Numbered from the stretch's first letter, positions 1 to 11,617 are shown. The stretch is DNA of 64,000 nt from Octopus vulgaris (GCA_951406725.2 OX597836.1:10106001-10170000), one strand, 5' to 3'. Numbers and translations are program-made. Notes: generated from the letters alone by a model not told the origin.

Positions 1-8
1 TGTATGTA

Positions 9-55
<47 letters not shown>

Positions 56-152
56 ATGCATGCATGCATGTGTGTATATATACATACATATATATGTATG
101 TATATACATGCATGTGTGTATATGCATACATATATATCTATGTATATATATA

Positions 153-201
<49 letters not shown>
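1..201. repeat. Compound microsatellite (TG)n/(TATG)n/(TA)n
   Basis: Direct reading; followed by purine-rich (AGG)/(AGA) run to about 350. Confidence 0.95.
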
Positions 202-204
<3 letters not shown>

Positions 205-425
205 CATTGTAAAATAAAGAAGGAAGGTGAGAGGAGGAGGAGGAGGAGGAGAAGGAGAAGGGGAAGAAGAAGAAGAAGAAGAAAGAGGAGGAGGAGGGTG
301 GAGAAGAAGAAGAATCTAAAAAGAAGAACCAAAGAAGTGGAAAAGAAAGGTAATATCTTCCCTTAATTTGATATGTTTCTTGCAGAAAACTGGAAGCCGA
401 CAGGCTTGCTTATACAGGTCGTATA

Positions 426-862
426 CAGGTCGTCGTCGACTTATGACGACCAACTTTACAACGATTGGCACACCACCTCCTGGCAGTGATAATAGTCTAG
501 TTGGAATCTAATGGGTTTAATTTCTTAGAAATTAACCCATCTACAGATGATGTCAGCTAACAAACGCTTCTCCTAGGTTTGGTTATTGGTCGCCACTGTG
601 TTGGATGACTATCCTGTCGCGGAGACATCAAGGCAACCTTGTATTTGTTTATAAGACGACTGCTTGAGATTCTGAAATTTTTGACTAGCGCCAGTATAAT
701 AGTATAATACAGAATGCTGTGTGTGACTTTTACCTGAGAATCTCCCTTAAGAATGTCAAAATATAAAAGAAAGCTATGTAGGCCTATAGGCTGACTTACA
801 ACCAAATTGACTTACGACCAGTCAGTCGGAACCAATTGTGGTCTTAAGTCAATGATGACCTG
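426..862. mobile_element. Tc1/mariner-superfamily (Tigger/pogo-like) MITE
   Basis: Imperfect TIRs CAGGTCGTCGTCGACTTATGAC / GTCTTAAGTCAATGATGACCTG, TA on both sides (424-425, 863-864), no coding capacity. Confidence 0.75.
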
Positions 863-973
863 TATATATACACATACATACATATATATATATATGTGGC
901 TTAGAAGTATTTTGACTTCTACTTTTAATGAAGTAGATGCTTATGTAGTACCCTAGTACATACATACATACAT

Positions 974-1168
974 ACTTTATTTAAAAGCAGCAGAAATATA
1001 ATAAAAGCTGTTACTCAGAGTTTCACGTTCCCGTTCGTCGGACAGTTTTGTTAAAATATTTTAACATAACTGTCCGATGACAGCTGCTTTTAAATAAAGC
1101 ATATTGCTCTACCTCTGGTATTTGAGTACTCTTTTTTCCACCTTGTTTCACATTTATGTGCTTACTCC

Positions 1169-1170
<2 letters not shown>
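974..1170 (+). mobile_element. Penelope-like element (PLE) terminal remnant with inverted 5' copy
   Basis: Fold-back 974-1099 (right arm internally deleted), hammerhead fold in left arm, AATAAA at about 1092, ends in (TA)n. Confidence 0.55.
1004..1049 (-). ncRNA. Type I hammerhead-ribozyme-like motif (U4C core)
   Basis: Minus strand CTGT-CCGACGA-ACG(GGAA)CGT-GAA-ACTC(T)GAGT-A-ACAG: stems I, II and III all pair; only core deviation is U4C. Confidence 0.6.
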
Positions 1171-1212
<42 letters not shown>

Positions 1213-1679
1213 GCTTCTTTCAGCTTGATCAGCTCATGGGTATAGTAGAAGACACTTGACCAAGGTCCCACACAAAGGGACTGAACCTGGAACCATGTAT
1301 TTTGGAAACAAGCTTCTTACCACACAGCCACGTGTGTGTGTGTGTGTGTGTGTGTATGCACATGTGTGTATGCACATGTGTGTATGCATAAATGTACATG
1401 TGTGTGAGTGTATGCTTATGCCTCCTTGTCTTGATACCATGTGATAGTTGTGAATAAGTGTTACTAATTTCTAATATTCTGTGAAAGCATTTCTGGCCAT
1501 GAGGAAATATCTAGTTTGGCAAGGATGTTGGTGACAGGGGCTTGGAATGGTGGGCTGGTGACAGGAAGTGTATAAGGCAGTGGAAAATCTGCCTCAAAAA
1601 AAACTCTGCCCAAACCATGCACGGATAGAAAAGTGGAAGTTAAAAAGTTATGATGTATGTTTGTTTATGTGTATGTGTG

Positions 1680-1925
1680 GATTTGAGGCATCAGATGCTG
1701 TGTGCAAGAGAGAAGACTGAGCTGGTTTGGCCATGTGATGAGCATGGATGAGGACAGCTGCATAAAGAAGTGCCGAACCCTAATTGTGGAGGGTACCTGT
1801 AGCAGGAGTAAACCTAAGATGCTGGTTGAAGTGGTGAGAAAGGATCTTCGGAGGCTGGGCCACACTGAAGAAGCGACAAGGGACTAGGAGATGTGGCTAT
1901 TTGCTGTACTTGATAAGACACATTC
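1680..1925 (+). mobile_element. RTE-clade LINE 3' fragment
   Basis: Translation QERRLSWFGHVMSM...EGTCSRSKPK...EVVRKDL resembles the RTE ORF C-terminus (RRLRWFGHVMRM...GRPRK). Confidence 0.8.
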
Positions 1926-2445
1926 AGCTTTTCTAGAACAGCAATGTTTGCTACCCTGTCTTTCCAGTTTAGCCCTCTCAACCTGCAAAAGATCCCCATC
2001 CGAAAGGCCTTTATCTTCTTCATTAAAATAAAAAATAAATGCGCCCTTTTTTAAAGCCTAGCCAGGCTCATGGGCCCAGTTTCCCGCTTTCTATGACGTA
2101 TGTATTCCCCAGTTGGACAAGACGCCAGTCCATCGCAGTGTTACTCATTTTTGCCAGCTGAGTGGACTGGAGCAACGTGAAATGAAGTGTTTTGCTCAAG
2201 AACACAACGCGTCGCCCGGTCCAGGGATCGAAACCACAATCTTATGATCATGATTCTGACACCCTAACCACTAGGCCATGCGCCTCCACTATCTTCTTCA
2301 TTGCTCTGTACATTGTCCAAGTTTTTGCCCAGTAGAAGACAACTGGCAAAACATAACAGTCTACCAGCCTCAATTTTAGGTGTAATCTTATCTCTTTTGC
2401 GGTAAAGATCTCTTTCGTTCTTATAAATGTAGTTTTAGCCATTAT
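1920..2445 (-). mobile_element. RTE-clade LINE fragment (RT C-terminal region) split by a SINE
   Basis: Removing the SINE joins ...LKLRLVDCYVLPVVFYWAKTWTMYRAMKKI to KAFRMGIFCRLRGLNWKDRVAN in frame. Confidence 0.85.
2025..2289 (-). mobile_element. tRNA-derived CORE-type SINE (family D)
   Basis: A/B boxes (TGGCCTAGTGG, GGTTTCGATCCC), GTTGTGTTCTTGAGCAAAACACTT core, 13-bp TSD TATCTTCTTCATT at 2012-2024 and 2290-2302. Confidence 0.9.
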
Positions 2446-2951
2446 TTATTCCTTGAGTATAGACACATTTGGGAGTAAAAACACAAAGGTTATGTAACAT
2501 AAACTACGGAACAGATAGATAAAGTGTAGGGCAAAGTAGAAAATTATTACTTACATGACAGCATGGTCCAGATAAATAGGTATAATTTGAAAAGGGCTGC
2601 CATTCAAGCACCATTCAAAATATAACCTGCAATAGCAACAACATCATATTCACTGTTAACTCTACTAATCATCAATATTGAACTTAAAAAAGGTTTATTT
2701 TCCTACGCTGTCTCAGTGTAACTGTTTGAGCTTTTTTACTCATTTATGGGCCCCCAACCAGCTTTTCTTTTCCCTCTGTTAATAGTATTTGCTTAAACAA
2801 TCAATTACATACTGGAATTAAAGACAGGGACTATATTCCATACTTCAGCCCAACTGCATGGTACCTTTGCCAATTGTCTTCTACTTATAGCCCTGAACCA
2901 ATCAAAGCCTTGTGAGTGGATTTGGTAGATGGAAATTGAGAGAAGCCGATA

Positions 2952-3268
2952 AGCGTGGCTTATTGGTTAGGGCATTTGGCTCACGACCGTAAGATCATGA
3001 GTTCGATTCCCGGCGACATGTTGTGTCCTTGAGCAAGATACTTTATTTCACATTGCTCCAGTTCACTCAGTTGGTAAAAATGAGTTGCACCTGTATTTCA
3101 AAGGGTCAGCCTTGTCACACTCTGTGTCACGCTGAATCTCCCTGAGAACTACGTTAAGGGTACAACTGTCTGTGGAGTGCTCAGCTACTTGCATGTTAAT
3201 TTCACGAGCAAGCTGTTCCATTGATTGTATCAGCTGGGACCCTCATTATTGTAACTGACAGAGTGCTC
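2952..3268 (+). mobile_element. tRNA-derived CORE-type SINE (family E)
   Basis: A/B boxes, GTTGTGTCCTTGAGCAAG core; second copy at 30596-30917. Confidence 0.85.
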
Positions 3269-3274
3269 CTCTCT

Positions 3275-3363
<89 letters not shown>

Positions 3364-4204
3364 CATATATATACTTCAAATTGATAGAAAAACAAAGATG
3401 ATAACAAGTGTAGGAACAACAAGTAAGTGTAGAGCCCCTTTAGTCATGAATGACAATGGGATTGCACCATGAAGGTTACCCTCTTAGGCACAAGTCCAAG
3501 CAAGGTTGTTTGTGGAAGGCCAGCAATCACCCAGACATACCGGCCTCCCCTCTCCATGCCACCAGTGTTATCCAAAGGAAAGGCAAAGAGGGCCAATACA
3601 GCTTGGCACCAGTGACATGGCATGGAACAAAAGTATAAATTTTGATCGAGGTAATCTTGGTTAACTGTGATAATTCTCTCTGCTTATGTTCCTGCCTGGA
3701 CTGGCAGACAAACTGAAGCACCAATTTTACGAGGCCCTCATGCAGACTACCTTGAAACAAATAACAATGATCCCATCATTGTGGCAGGTTACTTCAACAA
3801 ACATGTTGAACAATACTCTGATGGATTCCAAGGTGTCTATGCTTTGGTTTGGGCTCAGGCAAAGAGGATGGGGAATAAGGCTTCTGGAGTTTTGTAATGC
3901 TATGGCTTGTTAATTTTCAACCCTAACTACAAGAAGCCAGCCAGCTACCCAATCACCTATCAATCTGGTGAACACACAAGCCAGATAAACTTTATTCACT
4001 TCAAGACACAATACAAACAAATAATTGTGAATGCGAAGTCTTTTTCTGGTGAAGAATGCATGTCCCAGCATTGGTTAATGGTTAGTGAGTTCAGATTTCT
4101 AACTAGGAGGTCCCAGAAAAGGAAATCAATCTTCAAAAGGAAGATATTAAATCTTAAAGATCCAGAAGATAGAAATTTACAGAAATACTAGTTGAAGCAG
4201 TTGA

Positions 4205-4848
4205 CCCTTTAGCATTCGGATTCCTTTGTCACATGTGATGCTTATTTATTTATTTATTTTTTATTTGTTTTAGTCATTTGACTGTGGCCATACTGGAGCA
4301 CCACCTTTAGTCGAGCAAATCAACCCCAGGACTTATTCTTTGTAAGCCTAGTACTTATTCCATCAGTCTCTTTTGCCGAACCGCTAAGTTACGGGGATGT
4401 AAACACACCAGCATCAGTTGTGGGGTGATGTTAGGGGCCCAAACGCAGACACACAAACATATATACACACACACATACATATATATTATACATATATACC
4501 ACAGGCTTCTTTCAATTTCTGTCTACCAAATCCACTCACAAGGCTTTGGTTGGCCTGAGACTATAGTAGAAGACACTTGCCCAAGGTGCCATGCAGTAGG
4601 ACTGAACCCAGAACCATGTGGTTCGTAAGCAAGCTACTTACCACACAGCCACTCCTGCGCCTATATCATTTATTCACATTATTTTGAATTAATCATGCAT
4701 TATCTCACAGCTTCAAGATTTTGATGATGTGAATGTTTATTTTTAGAATGACATTGCAGGGTAGGTGTGAGAGGCCAAATCTCACCATACAGAACACAAA
4801 ACAGGTGGAATATTTGGGCTGGATATGGCCAGTTTAAACAGGAATGGT
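4205..4848. mobile_element. piggyBac-like MITE interrupted by a SINE
   Basis: TTGA-CCCTTTAG left end; body is the reverse complement of the 51187-51405 copy. Confidence 0.6.
4260..4662 (-). mobile_element. Major tRNA-derived SINE with internal (TA)/(TG) microsatellite (family A)
   Basis: Head GGCGCAGGAGTGGCTGTGTGG, B box GGGTTCAGTCC, CORE-like CCTTGGGCAAGT; more than 20 copies or fragments in window. Confidence 0.9.
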
Positions 4849-5513
4849 TAGTGAGTTCAGATTTATAACTGGGAGGTCCCAGAAAAGGAAATCAATATTG
4901 ATTTGGTTTTGGCTCAGGCAAAGAGGAGGAGAATAAGGCTTCTGGAGTTTTGTAATGCTAATGGCTTGTTGATAAATTGAGAGCATTGAGGACAACTGGA
5001 AGTTTGTATAAGACAACCTGCTGAGGGCTATAGACATAATCTGTGGCTGGTGCAAGCTTTTCCAGCTAGACTGAAGGGGAAGCAGTGGTAGAACTGTGAA
5101 GTAGTCATAGCAATAAAAGCAAAGAGATACGCTTGGATGAAAGGGGGCAGCAAATAATTATGCCAGGTAGCTAAAAGAGAACCTAAGTAACAGGAGTATT
5201 TAGCAAGGAGAGAAGCAGAACATTAGGGGTTGGCCAATGATTTACAACATGGGGACCAGAGGAGAGAAGTATTTCTGATTGCAAGGTAGAGCACCAGTGA
5301 CAATTGTGACATTGTTGGCAGTTTACACAGAGAGTCATGGAAGTGCTACTACGAAAGGGTATTAAATATATAGAATGCATGGAAGAAAGAGGAACTTTCC
5401 AGTGTGAACCTAATAGAGGCTATTTTAGTAGACAAGAGTAGGATAGATAAAGCAATTAAGGATATAAGGACAGAAAAAGCTCTCTGGGCTATGCTCAAAA
5501 TATCTGAAGGAGT

Positions 5514-5762
5514 CATCATCATCACCATTGTTCGACCGTGGTCGAGACAATGGAATTTACCATGCTACGCCAGACTTCACGGTCCATCATGGCATTACGG
5601 AGGTCCTGTTGCTGGATGCCTGTATCCCTGGAGATTACATCAGGGTAGGAGAGTGTGCGCCCTCTGGTGTTGCGAGTAGATGGCTTCCAGAGGAGAAGAG
5701 TAGAAATTACCTCTTTTTCAGCTCTACAACAATGTCCAGCAAACTGGACTCTCTTACCTTTC
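5514..5762 (-). mobile_element. 5'-truncated RTE-type LINE 3' end nested in older RTE
   Basis: RVQFAGHCCR...AMMDREVWR, (GAT)n tail, 7-bp TSD AAGGAGT (5507-5513, 5763-5769); removal restores host frame MLKISEGVG. Confidence 0.85.
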
Positions 5763-6487
5763 AAGGAGTAGGATGTGCATTAGTTATCCAAGAATGTATC
5801 ATACCTTATGACAGGTATAACAACATTACAAACAACTGCTATAAGGGTAAAACATACCTTAGAGAGAAGTAATTACAGGGGTATCAAATTGCTAGACTAA
5901 ATCATGGAATGGGTTATTGCTCAATAAATTAAGGAGTGTTAGCCTAGATAAGATGCAGTTTCATTTTGTACCAGGAAGGAGTAGTACAGATGTCGTCTTC
6001 CCAGGGAAACAATTGCAGACGTTTTGAGTAGGCCGTTGTTCCTGGCATTTGTTGACCTGGAAAAACACTTCTACAGAGGTCTTCAGTTGGGGATCTGGTG
6101 GTCACTGACGAAGTTAGGAGTACATGAGACGAACATGTACAAAGGTGTGTGAAGCCATGTACAAGATTGTGTGAGAGTCGCCAACGATTTTGTTTTTATT
6201 TCATTTTAAATTTCCTTTTTTTTCCCGTCAGATAAGAACATTGGCTTTAATGATTGATTATTAAATCATATACCCTTAACGTAACACCGATTTGTTCGAT
6301 ACCTTACTGTTTCGTTGTGGGTGTCGACTTCATCTTTCACTCTTGATAAACTTCCGCCATTAACTGTTGTGTATGTTCCCCTTAAAAACTAATTAACGAA
6401 GCTAAAATTGTGAATATAATTACAAAATAAATAATAATAATAATAATAAATAACAATGAGCGAAAGCCCAGCTCCCTGGGAATTAGC

Positions 6488-6659
6488 CATACCCGTCGCT
6501 AAGGTGGTGCACTGGGTGGCACTGCCCCCCTCACTAATTCAATGGGGTACCCTCAGATTTACTTCACATTAGTAACTCCACTTTAGCATTATTACAAATT
6601 ATTGTCCACCCGGAATGTTCTGAAGCACCCCCAGGCACCAAAGTCTGGCGATGGGTCTA
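6488..6659. mobile_element. Possible hAT-like MITE
   Basis: Imperfect TIRs CATACCCGTCGC / GCGATGGGTCTA; TSD poorly preserved. Confidence 0.35.
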
Positions 6660-7297
6660 AGAACTAAATAACAACGGAAGAGACTTAAATACAGACGTAG
6701 AACCATATTAAAAGACTAATGTGAATTTAGGAGCGAAGATACAGACACCCAAGAAATAATACATTAATAAGACATTTTATTCTAAAATAATTTGTTTCCA
6801 ATCTGTTTCTTGCTTTCGTTTCTTATCCTAACGGCTAAATTAAGCAAGAAGAATGGTCAATTTGGTTTTAAATACTTAAAAACGCGGTTGCCAATATGGC
6901 GTGGAGAATTCTATAATCGAATCTTTTGGAATTCTGATCTTTAAAAACATTGAGCTGGTAAAAATACACAGAAGAAAGACTGAGAAGGAAAGAGAAATGA
7001 AAATACCTATTGCTTTAAAGATAATCAATCAATTAACCATTTCTTTGTTTCCTAGTTATCGGCTCCATTCATAATAAACTGAATGTATCTGTCACGAAAT
7101 CTTGTCGTGGGTACAACGTTGCTGGTTTTTTATTTTCTTTTATTTTTATATTACACTCAAATAAGTGATAATGTCCATTACAATAAAAGAAGTCTTCCAC
7201 CAACAAAACGCTGCTGGTAAAAACGACGCCAGAAATCAAATCAACGCTTTTCTCACCGACCATTGTATAATAATATTTATTACGTTTGTTTTTAATA

Positions 7298-7896
7298 GGA
7301 CATACTTATAAAGGCATACTTCCACATGGGTGCCTCACCAACTTTGTTGCTTTGTAATTTCCAGAAAAATGGATATTTTTTAATGAAATTTTCTACAAAT
7401 TTTCTTCAGATAGTGTACATTCGCCGACTTTGATTATATAACGGAATATGTGGCGAAAAAAAATTTTTGAGGAGTTTCGGAAAATTTACATGAGACGACT
7501 TTCTTTGCTCATAACTTTGAAACAAATGGGTAATTTTTAATGAAATTTTTCTATAAATACTTTTCAGAGTGTATAGATAATAATTATATTGGAGCTTAAT
7601 ATGAAAAAACAAACTTTTTGTGGGCTCGTACACATACATTACTAACACACGTCACATTTTTCTACAAAATGAAACTTGAAATTTCGGGGGAAAAAATGTG
7701 ATGTGATTTGTTATGTATTTGTACGAGTCAATATTTTCCTCTTCACATCAAATTCCTATATAATCGGAATCTAAACCATCTGAAGTGTATTCATTGAAAA
7801 TTTCATTTTAAAATATCCATTTTTCTGGAAGTTACGAGGAAACAAAGTCGGCGGGGGTGGGCACATATAAGTATCCCCCACACAAGTATGTCCCCC
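7298..7896. mobile_element. Long-TIR non-autonomous DNA element
   Basis: About 150-bp imperfect inverted ends (GGACATACTT...CCAGAAAAATGGATATTTT...GAAATTTTC); related ends at 13930-14070, 15130-15280, 21800-21930. Confidence 0.7.
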
Positions 7897-8029
7897 TACA
7901 TATGTATGTATGTATGTATGTATGTACGTGCGTATGTATGTACGTGTGTATATATGTATGTATGTGTGTGTGTATGTATGTATGTATGTATGTTTGTATG
8001 TATGATGTATGTATGTATGTATGTATGTA

Positions 8030-8066
<37 letters not shown>

Positions 8067-8083
8067 ATGTATGTATGTATGTA

Positions 8084-8116
<33 letters not shown>

Positions 8117-8150
8117 ATGTATGTATGTATGTACGTACGCGTGTATGTAT
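7897..8150. repeat. (TATG)n/(TG)n microsatellite
   Basis: Direct reading. Confidence 0.95.
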
Positions 8151-8284
8151 TCATTCAATTAAATGAAGCTTGGTGGTTGTTACTTATTTTAATACGTATT
8201 CTATTATATATGAAGGGGTAATCCAAGAGAATAGAGTCGGAAATTATCTAAACCATCAAATGTATTTGTTTTAATAGTGGCGGG

Positions 8285-8358
8285 GGTAAAGAACACGCGC
8301 ACCACCCGTTTTCGGCGTAACCCTAACCCTAAACACCCCGAGCGTGTATTCTTTACCT
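8285..8358. mobile_element. Very small TIR element with internal TAACCC repeats
   Basis: GGTAAAGAACACGC / GCGTGTATTCTTTACC inverted ends. Confidence 0.45.
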
Positions 8359-8580
8359 TTAATTACAATTCTATGCGAAAACAAAACAAAATGAAAATTT
8401 CTTCCTCGTGTTGCTTTCAGTAATGTTTTCGTTTTGACATTCTGCTTTTACGAATTCTCATTATTTTTTGTTCAAAATTATATTTTAAACATTTGAGATG
8501 ATTGTTTAAAAAAAAAAAATCAAAATTTCAATTTTTTTTTGGATCCGTTCCACGTTTTCTATTCATTTTTTTTTTTTTTT

Positions 8581-8746
8581 AGATCTGTTCCATCTCATAC
8601 ACAGATTTCTTAATTAATTTTTTGGATTTTTTCCTTTTGAAGGCCAGATTTCAACACAATTTCTAGTTAACTAAACACTTTCTTCAAAAGGAAAAGATCC
8701 AATTTTTTTTTAAGTAAACACTTTGTGCATGAGATGGAATAGATCC
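8581..8746. mobile_element. Nested pair of GGATC-ended mini-MITEs
   Basis: Outer AGATCTGTTCCATCTCAT / ATGAGATGGAATAGATCC; inner 8624-8700 flanked by AATTTTTT on both sides. Confidence 0.6.
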
Positions 8747-9045
8747 ATAAAATGTTTACAAGTTCAGGCATTCCTTCGATATAACTCGACTAACATTGGC
8801 ACAAAACACGTTTTTTTTTTCTTGTCAGGGCAATTACAGTATCTGCCTGACATTTATTATGAAGGATGAAAGACAAAGCTGACCCAAATGGGATTTTATA
8901 CAATTCATCTAGTGGTATACCAATTCTCCATATTATGTCATAATAATTATGGTAATAATTATCATCATCATTACTACATAATAGTAGAAATGTCAGAATA
9001 TTGATTTTTGCCCTTCTAACCGAAAAGATCCTAATATTTTTCGAA

Positions 9046-9462
9046 GCAGGAGTGGCTGTGTGGTAAGTAGCTTGTTTACCAACTACATGGTTCCGAGATC
9101 AGTCCCACTGCGTGGCACCTTGGGCAAGTGTCTTCTACTATAGCCTCGGGCCGACCAAAGCCTTGTGAGTGGATTTGGTAGACGGAAACTGAAAGAAACC
9201 CGTCGTATATATGTGTATATATATATATATATATATGCGTGTATGTTTGTGTGTCTGTGTTTGTCCCCTTAGCATTGCTTGACAACCGATGCTGGTGTGT
9301 TTATGTCCCCGTTACTTAGGGGTTCGGCAAAAGAGACCGATAGAATAAGTACTGGGCTTACAAAGAATAAGTCCCGGGGTCGAGTTGCTCGATTAAAAAA
9401 AAATGCAGTGCTCCAGCATGGCCGCAGTCAAATGACTGAAACAAGTAAAAGAGTAAAGTGAA
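9046..9462 (+). mobile_element. SINE family A, full length
   Basis: Collinear with other family A copies. Confidence 0.9.
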
Positions 9463-9545
9463 TAAAACGCAAAGTAAATAATTTCTTAAACTAAGTAAAC
9501 AAATTACTTTTATAAACAAACTAAGGTTAGGGTTAGGGTTAAAAA

Positions 9546-10016
9546 GTCGTTGTAGGATCGACTACTTACGACTAGCTAGCGCGGATGCGCGAGTGCGCGC
9601 ACCGGGACCACTATTCGCTAGAAGTACCGAAGTTTGTTAAGAGAAGTTTAGAAGCTTTATTGAGTTGGTCAAGCAACTAAACTAAAACATTTTGTCATTT
9701 TAATACCGTTGATATTATATATAATCATTCATGTACATCGTGAAGGGCCCTCCATATGCTGTCCTGAAACTTATATGGAGGAGGGCCACCATTAAACTTT
9801 TGGTACTACTTGAGAACAAGTCGATAAATTAAGTACCAGTTACGCACTGGGGTCGATGTAATCGACTTAATACCTATGTCTGTCTTTGTTTGTCCCCTCT
9901 ATGTTTAGCCCCTTGTGGGTAGTAAAGAAATAGGTACCACTTGAGAACAGTGGTCCAGGTGCGCGCACTCGCGCATCCGCGCTAGCTAGTCGTGACTAGT
10001 CGATCCTACAACTACC
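9546..10016. mobile_element. MITE with about 80-bp CpG-rich TIRs
   Basis: GTTGTAGGATCGACTA...GCTAGCGCGGATGCGCGAGTGCGCGCACC inverted at both ends; third TIR copy at 10152-10236. Confidence 0.8.
9819..9932 (+). mobile_element. 5'-truncated SINE family B copy
   Basis: Matches 3' half of the 184-bp unit; 17-bp TSD GGTAC(T/C)ACTTGAGAACA at 9802-9818 and 9933-9949. Confidence 0.9.
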
Positions 10017-10680
10017 TAGCAAAGTAAATAAAACACAAAATAAATATATTTTTTTTACACAAAGTAAATAATTTTTGTTAAACAAAGTAAATAAAACACA
10101 AAAGCACAAAGTAAATAATTTTTTAAACAAAATAACATAAAAACACAAAGTAAGGATCGACTAGTCATGACTAGCTAGTGCGGATGCGAGAGTACGCGAG
10201 TTCGCGCGCCGGGACCACTGTTCTCAAGTGGTACCAAACTTTTAGGCATCTTCGTATGATTTTTCTGTCTGTCAAAATCCGAATAACATTTTACTTTATA
10301 ATTACCACTAAAAACAAATTTAAAAAAACAAAAATAGGGAAGAAGAGGATTAAATATTTCGATTATGGAGCGATAAACGTGCAGGAAATTATCGATTAAT
10401 GTCACAGATGAAATCTTAAGAATGAATCTGACGAGGTAAGTCTAACTCCATACAGTATAGCAACATGTGGGAATAATAATCTATGGATTTTGGGTTCCCA
10501 CGACTCACATGTAGGACAAAATAAAAAAGATATAATTACGACCCATGTATTTTATTGGGAACTGGTCAAAAAATGCTACATATTTTGATGCCACCCTGTA
10601 TGAGACCACCCTTGGTCCTTTGATACGAAGTTTCTGTTTAAATCGATCTAAATATTTTATGTTTTATGAATATATATTCT

Positions 10681-10711
10681 CTCCGATGAAGGGCTATGCT
10701 CAAAATGTCAG
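10681..10711 (+). ncRNA. Decayed hammerhead-like motif
   Basis: CT-CCGATGA-A-GGGC(TAT)GCTC-AAAATGTC-AG; two CpG transitions away from GAAACGTC. Confidence 0.4.
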
Positions 10712-11191
10712 TATTTTCGTTTCCTCGCTTATAAAAACCGGACAAAAGACTATAATATTTGGCTAAGTGTATTCAAAGTTTGTTCTGGTTAGCCCTGATT
10801 CAGCGAACATGTAATCAAACTCATACCGGCCGTGACCATCCAATCTTTTGAGACCTAAAAACTATATTATTTGATGTCTTATCTTCTTTAAAAAAAAAAA
10901 GAAGAAATGTGGCAGTGAGTGAGTCGAAGCAGATTTGGCTGCTATTTCTAGCATATCGAATGACCTCATAGGTTCCCTCATTTATTTTCGTTTTATTTCA
11001 CTTTATTGGTTTATATGAAATAAATGGCTCTGTCCATTCTTTTGCTGGTTCTTATGGACAAAGTTCCCCTCCAATTTTTTTGTTGTAGGTGTACTCAGAA
11101 ATTTACTTGTGGGCAAAGTTTGTCTCAGCGAGGTTCGGCCGAATCCAGACGACAGACCATCGTTATGCTCACCATTGTTAAGTGTGTCTAT

Positions 11192-11419
11192 TACTCTCTT
11201 TTACTCTTTTACTTGTTTCAGTCATTTGACTGCGGCCATGCTGGAGCACCGCCTTTTTTAGTCGAGCAAATCGACCCCGGGAAATTATTCTTTGTAAGCC
11301 CAGTACTTATTCAATCGGTCTCTTTTTGCCGAACCGCTAAGTGACGGGGACGTAAACACACCAGCATCGGTTGTCAAGCGATGGTGGGAGAACAAACACA
11401 GACACACATACACCCCCCC

Positions 11420-11454
<35 letters not shown>

Positions 11455-11617
11455 GACAGGCTTCTTTCAGTTTCCGTCTACCAAATCCACTCACAAGGCT
11501 TTGGTCAGCTCGAGGCTATAGCAGAAGACACTTCCCCAAGGTGCCACGCAGTGGGACCGAACCCGGAACCATGTGGTTGGTAAGCAAGCTACTTACCACA
11601 CAGCCACTCCTGCGCCT
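11192..11617 (-). mobile_element. SINE family A, full length
   Basis: Collinear with other copies. Confidence 0.9.

Larger units (their letters stand above)
3640..6180 (+). mobile_element. Degenerate RTE LINE (APE endonuclease to RT N-terminus) with nested insertions
   Basis: Motifs IILSAYVP, FYEAL, IIVAGYFN (GDFN), RLLEFC, ITYQSG..SQINF, EECMSQH, CYKGK, MQFHFVPGR, AFVDLEK across frameshifts. Confidence 0.85.

Noticed and set aside
9522-9541. TTAGGG repeats as interstitial telomere
   Set aside because: Only 2-3 units, and similar short runs lie within MITEs at 8318 and 14747
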